IMG/VR virus record: IMGVR_UViG_2657245528_000002
DNA from: a virus
Lineage: Duplodnaviria > Heunggongvirae > Uroviricota > Caudoviricetes
Reading direction: 5' to 3' (one strand)
Length of the DNA stretch: 4,395 nucleotides
The position numbers were made by a program, and so were the translations under genes. Below are positions 1 through 4,395 of the stretch, piece after piece (positions within the stretch are counted from its first letter, which is position 1; every line of letters begins with the position of its first letter). The notes under the pieces were generated by a model. The model was not told the origin of the DNA. It searched no databases and was given only the letters and a program-made list of their open reading frames with translations.

Positions 1-230
1 AACAAATCCAGGCTACTGTGTTTAGTAATCAGATTTGTTCGTGACCGATATGCACGGGCAAAACGGCATCAGGTTGTTAGCGCAACCTCTTGCCACCCGC
101 TTTCACGAAGCCAGCCATTGAGCTGGTTTTCTTTTATGCAAAGCACACCGCACCGTAGCCACAGCGGATAAGGTGATTATTTTGGTCTGTCTGGTATTTG
201 GTTTGATGCGCTTTCAGAAAGGTCGTGCTT

Positions 231-265
231 AAAACGCAAAAAGCCCCGAGCTATTAACTCAGGGC
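231..265 (-). terminator. Rho-independent terminator, candidate tR' (target of Q antitermination)
   Basis: On the minus strand: GCCCTGAG-TTAATAG-CTCGGGGC (8-bp stem including one G.U pair, 7-nt loop) followed by TTTTTGCGTTTT. Stem begins about +31 relative to the predicted pR' start. On the plus strand the same stem has a C/A mismatch and a weaker T tract, so it is oriented for minus-strand transcripts. Confidence 0.7.
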
Positions 266-289
266 TTTATTTAACGAGTGCATTTATCC

Positions 290-330
290 ATCGTTGAGTC
301 AAATTTACCCAACTTTATTCAAAAAGTCAA
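290..330 (-). promoter_or_regulatory. Late promoter pR' with qut site (Q-utilisation element)
   Basis: On the minus strand: -35 TTGACT (330..325), 17-bp spacer, -10 TAAATT (307..302), predicted +1 at A295, and the -10-like pause-inducing element AACGAT at +1..+6 (295..290). The string TTGACT…GAATAAA.TTGGGTAAATTTGACTCAACGATGG matches my recollection of lambda pR'/qut almost exactly. Confidence 0.85.
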
Positions 331-372
331 TATCATGCCGTTAATATGTTGCCATCCGTGGCAATCATGCTG

Positions 373-996
373 CTAACGTGTGACCGCATTCAAAATGTTG
401 TCTGCGATTGACTCTTCTTTGTGGCATTGCACCACCAGAGCGTCATACAGCGGCTTAACAGTGCGTGACCAGGTGGGTTGGGTAAGGTTTGGGATTAGCA
501 TCGTTACAGCGCGATATGCAGCGCTTGCTGGCATTCTTGAATAGCCGACACCTTTGCATCTTCCGCACTCTTTCTCAACAACTCTCCCCCACTGCTCTGT
601 TTTGGCTATATCAACCGCACGGCCTGTACCGTGGCAATCTCTGCATCTTGCGCCCGGCGTCGCGGCACTACGGCAATAATCCGCATAAGCGAATGTTGCG
701 AGCACTTGCAGTACCTTTGCCTTAGTATTTCCTTCGAGCTTTGCCACACCACGGTATTTCCCCGATACTTTGTGTGCAAATTGCATCAGATAGTTGATAG
801 CCTTTTGTTTGTCGTTCTGGCTGAGTTCGTGCTTACCACAGAATGCAGCCATGCCGAATCCGGCTTGTGATTGCGCCATCCCCATAGCAGCCATCACATC
901 AGTACCGGAAAGAGAGTCAGAAGCCGTAGCCCGTGGTGAGTAGCTCATCATCGGGCTTTTTGGCGAATGAAATTTAGCTACGCTTTCTAGTCTCAT
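373..996 (-). CDS. Q: Late-gene antitermination protein Q (lambda-type), 207 aa
   Basis: 207-aa ORF beginning MRLESVAKFHSPKSP with the zinc-binding CRDCHGTG…CGRCKGVG motif; near-identical to lambda Q as I recall it. ATG 996..994 preceded by SD AGAGGGGAAG. Followed directly by a lambda-type pR'/qut sequence. Confidence 0.93.
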   Translation of the reverse strand: MRLESVAKFHSPKSPMMSYSPRATASDSLSGTDVMAAMGMAQSQAGFGMAAFCGKHELSQNDKQKAINYLMQFAHKVSGKYRGVAKLEGNTKAKVLQVLATFAYADYCRSAATPGARCRDCHGTGRAVDIAKTEQWGRVVEKECGRCKGVGYSRMPASAAYRAVTMLIPNLTQPTWSRTVKPLYDALVVQCHKEESIADNILNAVTR

Positions 997-1181
997 CGTC
1001 TTCCCCTCTTGCCCTGTTTGACCATCAGGACGCCGTTAACTATTACGTGACGCTCGCCTTTGCTGTCTCGGTTGTACTTGAGCACTGTTCCTCTTGCGCA
1101 GGAAAGCATCCTTGCCACTTCGGTCTGATTGCCTCGTGTCTGGATAAGAAGCTCTGGTATCGTTTGAATTGTGGCGTTCAT
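993..1181 (-). CDS. ninH: NinH-like small DNA-binding protein, 62 aa
   Basis: MNATIQTIPELLIQTRGNQTEVARMLSCARGTVLKYNRDSKGERHVIVNGVLMV… parallels lambda NinH (…KTIPDMLVEAYGNQTEVARRLKCSRGTVRKYVDDKDGKMHAIVNDVLMV…) as I recall it. Located immediately upstream of Q as in lambda; stop TGA overlaps the Q ATG (ATGA). Confidence 0.85.
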   Translation of the reverse strand: MNATIQTIPELLIQTRGNQTEVARMLSCARGTVLKYNRDSKGERHVIVNGVLMVKQGKRGRR

Positions 1182-1540
1182 GCGTTCTCCAGTTCGGTGA
1201 TTTTTATTCCAAGCCGTCCGCCTGGTACTTTCACACCACGAATTACGCGAATGTCATCGAATTGCTCGTCGTCTTCCGCAAATCCGGCGTGGATAAGGGA
1301 GTCGAGTAAACCTTTCAGGATGTTGTCGAGGTCGCGGCGGCGGGAGTCTGGAACGTCTGCGATGACTTTGATGCGGAGTCGTGATTTGGTGAAAATGTCT
1401 AACTTGAGTTGGCGGATGATTTGCTGAACGTCTTTTCGGTATTTCTGGCCTTTATCGCTTATGTAATATTGGCTTCCCCGTCTTCGCCAGTAGGTATTCA
1501 CCGACGGCGGGTATGGAAGCACAAACTGATATTCGTTCAT
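1178..1540 (-). CDS. rusA: RusA Holliday-junction resolvase (crossover junction endodeoxyribonuclease), 120 aa
   Basis: MNEYQFVLPYPPSVNTYWRRRG…RRRDLDNILKGLLDSLIHAGF…DDEQFDDIRV…GGRLGIKITELENA aligns with the RusA family in length and the acidic catalytic motifs (cf. E. coli RusA …[24 protein letters not shown]…). ATG 1540..1538 preceded by SD AGGGAGGGGAAG; stop overlaps the ninH ATG. Confidence 0.9.
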   Translation of the reverse strand: MNEYQFVLPYPPSVNTYWRRRGSQYYISDKGQKYRKDVQQIIRQLKLDIFTKSRLRIKVIADVPDSRRRDLDNILKGLLDSLIHAGFAEDDEQFDDIRVIRGVKVPGGRLGIKITELENA

Positions 1541-1914
1541 GACTTAATCTTCCCCTCCCTCAGCAGTATCGCCTGCGTTCTGATCACGCCTTCGAGGTGG
1601 TAAAGTCTGGCGTCTTTGTTGTCGAGATTATGGGTGCGTCGGTCGATTTCATCGTGACACGCACTACAAGCCCATGCACCGATCAGGTCGTCAGGCTTCA
1701 TTCCCGTTCCGCAAATTCCAGCCATCCGGTAATGTGCCAGAACTGTNNNNNNNNNNNNNNNNNNNNNNNNNNNNNNNNNNNNNNNNNNNNNNNNNNNNNN
1801 NNNNNNNNNNNNNNNNNNNNNNNNNNNNNNNNNNNNNNNNNNNNNNNNNNNNNNNNNNNNNNNNNNNNNNNNNNNNNNNNNNNNNNNNNNNNNNNNNNNN
1901 NNNNNGTTAGCCAT
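1537..1914 (-). CDS. ybcO: YbcO-like DUF1364 protein (putative nuclease); 5' portion hidden by the N run, true start and length uncertain
   Basis: Unmasked C-terminal 69 aa TVLAHYRMAGICGTGMKPDDLIGAWACSACHDEIDRRTHNLDNKDARLYHLEGVIRTQAILLREGKIKS match my recollection of E. coli DLP12 YbcO (…SVLAHIRLTGLCGTGTKPPDLIATIACSACHDEIDRRTH…). An ATG at 1914..1912 (MAN…) overlaps the antirepressor stop as TAATG. Stop TGA overlaps the rusA ATG (ATGA). Confidence 0.7.
   Translation of the reverse strand: MANXXXXXXXXXXXXXXXXXXXXXXXXXXXXXXXXXXXXXXXXXXXXXXXXXXXXXTVLAHYRMAGICGTGMKPDDLIGAWACSACHDEIDRRTHNLDNKDARLYHLEGVIRTQAILLREGKIKS
1747..1905. other. Run of 159 N (masked or unsequenced gap)
   Basis: Directly visible in the sequence; length is an exact multiple of 3 and falls inside the 5' half of the ybcO-like reading frame. 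Confidence 1.
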
Positions 1915-2636
1915 TAAGCAGCCTCCCCTGTTACTTTCAGCATTCCGTTATCGAGCAACTTTCTGGTCAGCCACTGTTGACCGCGCCCGGTGATTTTTGT
2001 GGTGAACGATATCTGTATTCCGTGATTTGTGTTGACCGCTGTTTCTTTCACTGTGAAATAGCCGCGATCCATATATTCCTGCATTGGCACATTGCGCCGG
2101 GAACCTGAAGCAATAAGGATTTTGTGATCACGCATCCACGCAAACAGTTTGTTTTGACCAATACCAACAACCTTTGCAAAGTTTCCAATCAAAATTCCGC
2201 TGGCCTCGCCAACGCGATCGGCAAACTCAACTTTAGGTGCGACAATTGCGAGCTGGTTTTCCAGTTGCATTTTCTGCTCAGCAAGATCGGCAGCAAGGCG
2301 CAACGCTTCCGGTAGCGTTTTGGGGATATTAACCGCAGCTTCTTCAAGCTCTCGCCAGCGGTCAACAAGGCGAGCGGTGAACTCTGGCGACAACTGGGCA
2401 ACAACGACAATACTGTCTCGCTTACCTTGTTCGCCCTCGAAGACGTAATGCTCGTACTGAACATTGAACCCTAAGTTATTGATTCTTTCGGAAACCTCAA
2501 TTTGAGGAAGCCGGATAACACCATTTTTAGCCAGCGTTTCGATGGTACGTTTCACATTGTCATGACGCTTACCCACCAACTCAGCGATTTCAATGCTTGT
2601 CATTTTGATGGCATTGCCATTTATTAACTCATTCAT
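1914..2636 (-). CDS. Phage antirepressor-like protein: N-terminal Rha-type domain plus C-terminal KilAC/ANT domain (Roi-like), 240 aa
   Basis: N-terminus MTSIEIAELVGKRHDNVKRTIETLAKNGV is typical of the phage regulatory protein Rha family; C-terminal half (…FADRVGEASGILIGNFAKVVGIGQNKLFAWMRDHKILI…) resembles the KilAC antirepressor domain. ATG at 2636..2634 preceded by SD GAGGAAG. Position and size fit the roi gene of HK022/HK97-type phages. Confidence 0.8.
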   Translation of the reverse strand: MNELINGNAIKMTSIEIAELVGKRHDNVKRTIETLAKNGVIRLPQIEVSERINNLGFNVQYEHYVFEGEQGKRDSIVVVAQLSPEFTARLVDRWRELEEAAVNIPKTLPEALRLAADLAEQKMQLENQLAIVAPKVEFADRVGEASGILIGNFAKVVGIGQNKLFAWMRDHKILIASGSRRNVPMQEYMDRGYFTVKETAVNTNHGIQISFTTKITGRGQQWLTRKLLDNGMLKVTGEAA

Positions 2637-2800
2637 CGTCTTCTTCCTCGTACATTGAGCTATTCGGATCGCTCATCAGTTCTGCGCAGCAATCGGAGCA
2701 CACGTGAACTTCCAGCACATGCAGCTTCTGACCGCAGTTAGCGCACGTTAAAGCCCGCTCGACGCTTTCTTGTTCGTAACTTCGATTTGGGTCAATCACC
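2633..2800 (-). CDS. ninF: NinF-like small zinc-ribbon protein, about 55 aa (not in the ORF track; hand-translated)
   Basis: Hand translation gives (M/V)[54 protein letters not shown], with CxxC...CxxCC spacing. The core [37 protein letters not shown] matches my recollection of lambda NinF. Putative GTG start preceded by SD GAGGAAAA and overlapping the ninE stop (GTGA); stop TGA overlaps the downstream ATG (ATGA). Start boundary uncertain by 1-3 nt. Confidence 0.6.
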
Positions 2801-2978
2801 TTGTTTTCCTCGCACGTTCTCTAAGCCACCGGATATCCCACAGGTGAGCCGTGTAATTGAAGGTTTTTACGTCAGATTCTTTTGGGATTGGCTTGCGTTT
2901 ATTTCTGGAGCGCTTCGTTGGAAGGTATTTGCAGTTTTCGCAGATGATGTCGGTGAAACTTCGTCGCTGTCGTCTCAT
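2796..2978 (-). CDS. ninE: NinE, 60 aa
   Basis: [60 protein letters not shown] closely matches lambda NinE as I recall it. ATG at 2978..2976 overlaps the ninB stop TGA (2977..2975) as ATGA. The track's 80-aa version begins at an upstream GTG inside ninB and is not preferred. Confidence 0.85.
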   Translation of the reverse strand: MRRQRRSFTDIICENCKYLPTKRSRNKRKPIPKESDVKTFNYTAHLWDIRWLRERARKTR

Positions 2979-3415
2979 GCCGCCCTGTCTCCCCATCGCG
3001 CTTTCCATTCGAGAGCCAGTCGCGCTTCGTCTGACCACTTAACGCCACGCTCTGTACCGAATGCCTGTATAAGCTCTAATAGCTCCGCAAATTCGCTTAC
3101 ACGCATCCTGCTGGTTGACTGGCCTATTACCACAAAGCCATTCCCGGCAAGGTTAGGAACAACGTCCTGCTGCTTTAATGCTGCTGTAAACACACACTTC
3201 CAGCTTTCTGCATCCAGCCAGCGCCCATGCCATTCAACCTGACGAGAGACGTCACCAAGGCAAGCCCAAAGCTTTCGATTCTGGTCTAAGCTGCGGTTGC
3301 GTTCCTGAATGGTTACTACGATTGGTTTGGTTGGGTCTGGAAGGATTTGCTGTACTGCGTGAATAGCGTTTTGCTGATGTGCCGGAGATCGAATTTCAAA
3401 GGTTAGTTTTTTCAT
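2975..3415 (-). CDS. ninB: NinB (Orf-family recombination protein), 146 aa
   Basis: Protein from [31 protein letters not shown]... to ...[14 protein letters not shown] matches lambda NinB as I recall it. Real start is ATG at 3415..3413 preceded by SD GGGGGAGAGGGAAG; the track's upstream TTG start at 3433 lies inside tR2 and is rejected. Confidence 0.9.
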   Translation of the reverse strand: MKKLTFEIRSPAHQQNAIHAVQQILPDPTKPIVVTIQERNRSLDQNRKLWACLGDVSRQVEWHGRWLDAESWKCVFTAALKQQDVVPNLAGNGFVVIGQSTSRMRVSEFAELLELIQAFGTERGVKWSDEARLALEWKARWGDRAA

Positions 3416-3430
3416 GACTTCCCTCTCCCC

Positions 3431-3463
3431 CAAATAAAAAGGCCTGCGATTACCAGCAGGCCT
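3431..3463 (-). terminator. Rho-independent terminator, lambda tR2-like
   Basis: On the minus strand: AGGCCTGC-TGGTAATC-GCAGGCCT (perfect 8-bp stem, 8-nt loop) followed by TTTTATTTG. Lies between the helicase stop and ninB start; matches my recollection of lambda tR2 just upstream of ninB. Confidence 0.85.
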
Positions 3464-3492
3464 GTTATTAGCTCAGTGATGTAGATGGTCAT

Positions 3493-4395
3493 TTAATACT
3501 CTGTCACGTTTTCCTGTCGCCACGCCTCGTCATATTCCGATTTCGGCATATTGGCGATGTAGCTATATGGCGATCCTGATTCAAGTTGCAGGAACTGGTG
3601 CGATTGCTCGTCAAGGAACAACGGGACACCACCTTCCCAACCTTCACCGTTACGTTGTTTTTCAAGCATCAAAACAGATGCCGGAGATGCCAGTAGCTGT
3701 TCGTCCTTCTCTGACATCTTTTCACCACTCTGAACTCTCTGTAACGCTCTCTCGCGAGCCTTGTTACGCCAGATGATGAAAAGGTTGTCTGTCAGGTCTG
3801 TTATCGCTCCAGAGCCTTTTACGTCCATTTTCCCGGTTGGTTTTTCTTCGCTGTCTCCTTTTCGCGAGTGAGTAACGAGAATGACGTGGGAGTTTGTTTT
3901 GTTTTTGAAGTCGCAAATCGAGTCAACAAACGCCTTCTGCCCGTTATAGTCATCGTCGCCTATGCCACATTTCATCAGGCTGTCGATGATGAATAACTGG
4001 ATGCCGTATCGGCGGCGAGCGTAGTCGAATATTTCGATCAGCCTGTCGGCTTTCGCCGTTCCGGTCAGGCCAAACACCCAAAGTCTTTCGTCATAAAATT
4101 TAAATGCAGAGTCAATTTCCAGCACTGGCGGCATCTTGCAGCACGTTGCCTGACGGGTAAGTCGCTTAAGGAGAATGCCTGGCTTCAGCTCAAGTGACGC
4201 GATGCACGTCTTCACACCCTGACGCATTGCCTCAAGTGCCATATGCCCGACAACCTCCGTTTTTCCGTGACCGTTCACACCATTGACCAGCGTCAACTCG
4301 GCCTCACGGAACTGGAATTTATCTGCGAGAGATTCCCACGGTGGATTAAACAGATACTGCTGCTTGCCGTAGAAAGCGTTGATAGTGTCCTGGTA
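3493..4395 (-). CDS. DnaB-like replicative helicase, RecA-fold ATPase domain (5'-partial; ORF runs off the window edge)
   Basis: Reading frame is open from the window edge (4395) to stop TAA at 3495..3493; the track start at 4296 is only an internal TTG. Walker A GVNGHGKT, Walker B-like LFIIDSL, HVILVTHSRKG and GSGAITDLTDNLFIIWR motifs resemble DnaB/T7 gp4-type helicase C-terminal domains. Sits where the replication genes lie in lambdoid phages, directly upstream of tR2. Confidence 0.75.
   Translation of the reverse strand, partial: YQDTINAFYGKQQYLFNPPWESLADKFQFREAELTLVNGVNGHGKTEVVGHMALEAMRQGVKTCIASLELKPGILLKRLTRQATCCKMPPVLEIDSAFKFYDERLWVFGLTGTAKADRLIEIFDYARRRYGIQLFIIDSLMKCGIGDDDYNGQKAFVDSICDFKNKTNSHVILVTHSRKGDSEEKPTGKMDVKGSGAITDLTDNLFIIWRNKARERALQRVQSGEKMSEKDEQLLASPASVLMLEKQRNGEGWEGGVPLFLDEQSHQFLQLESGSPYSYIANMPKSEYDEAWRQENVTEY

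Noticed and set aside
100-240. Possible tRNA, small RNA or moron gene between tR' and the left window edge
   Set aside because: No tRNA-like T-arm or cloverleaf features and only a 13-codon ORF; the region is short and mostly lambda-like leader.
489-870. Plus-strand ORFs 489..725 (78 aa) and 631..870 (79 aa)
   Set aside because: Both lie antisense to the well-supported Q gene, have no recognisable motifs or ribosome-binding sites, and are the size expected by chance.
1047-1603. Plus-strand ORFs 1047..1427 (126 aa) and 1409..1603 (64 aa)
   Set aside because: Antisense to rusA/ninH and the ybcO-like gene; low-complexity Ser/Arg-rich translation; no start context.
1597-1917. Plus-strand ORFs 1597..1917 and 1674..1910 reading through the N run
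   Set aside because: Their length comes from N codons translated as X; no evidence of a real reading frame.
2124-2464. ORFs 2124..2315 (+) and 2189..2464 (-) inside the antirepressor gene
   Set aside because: Alternate-frame or antisense ORFs fully contained in a gene with clear domain-level support; no independent signals.
2979-3038. Track's longer start for ninE at 3038 (80 aa)
   Set aside because: The GTG start lies inside ninB in another frame; the ATG at 2978 gives the 60-aa NinE and the ATGA overlap with the ninB stop.
2787-3242. Plus-strand ORFs 2787..3242 (151 aa) and 2857..3042 (61 aa)
   Set aside because: Antisense to ninE/ninB, which match known lambda proteins; they begin with TTG or weak starts and the translations are low-complexity.
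3416-3433. Track's longer start for ninB at 3433 (MGEREVM…)
   Set aside because: That TTG lies within the tR2 hairpin and T tract; the ATG at 3415 has a strong SD and gives the 146-aa lambda NinB length.
3567-3776. Plus-strand ORF 3567..3776 (69 aa)
   Set aside because: Antisense to the helicase ATPase domain; no supporting features.
4294-4296. Track start of the helicase ORF at 4296
   Set aside because: It is an internal TTG codon; the frame stays open to the window edge (…YQDTINAFYGKQQYLFNPPWESLADKFQFREAELTLVNG…), so the gene is 5'-truncated by the window.
1-4395. CRISPR array, IS element/transposase, integrase or attachment site
   Set aside because: No direct-repeat/spacer periodicity, no terminal inverted repeats and no recombinase-like ORF were seen anywhere in the window.

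Overview
This window reads as the nin-Q-late promoter segment of a lambdoid (lambda-like) phage or prophage, with every supported gene on the minus strand (transcription runs from high to low coordinates). In order: a 5'-truncated DnaB-like helicase (runs off the window at 4395), tR2 terminator, ninB, ninE, a small zinc-ribbon NinF-like ORF, an Rha/KilAC antirepressor-like protein (Roi-like), a ybcO-like (DUF1364) gene interrupted by a 159-nt N run (1747..1905), rusA, ninH, antiterminator Q, the pR' promoter with qut site, a tR' terminator about 60 nt downstream, and lambda-like late-leader sequence heading toward the lysis genes. Consecutive genes from ninB to Q are linked by overlapping stop/start codons. 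The block is a mosaic: Q/pR'/qut, ninB/ninE/tR2 and the left-end leader look lambda-like, while the helicase, antirepressor, ybcO and rusA are non-lambda. I found no tRNA, rRNA, CRISPR array, IS element or integrase. I do not see convincing evidence for an undescribed system; the only part I cannot evaluate is the N-masked gap. All protein identifications rest on my recollection of family sequences and motifs, not on a database search. Hand-derived coordinates may be off by 1 nt around 2640..2880, where my reading of the printed sequence and the ORF track disagree by one base.
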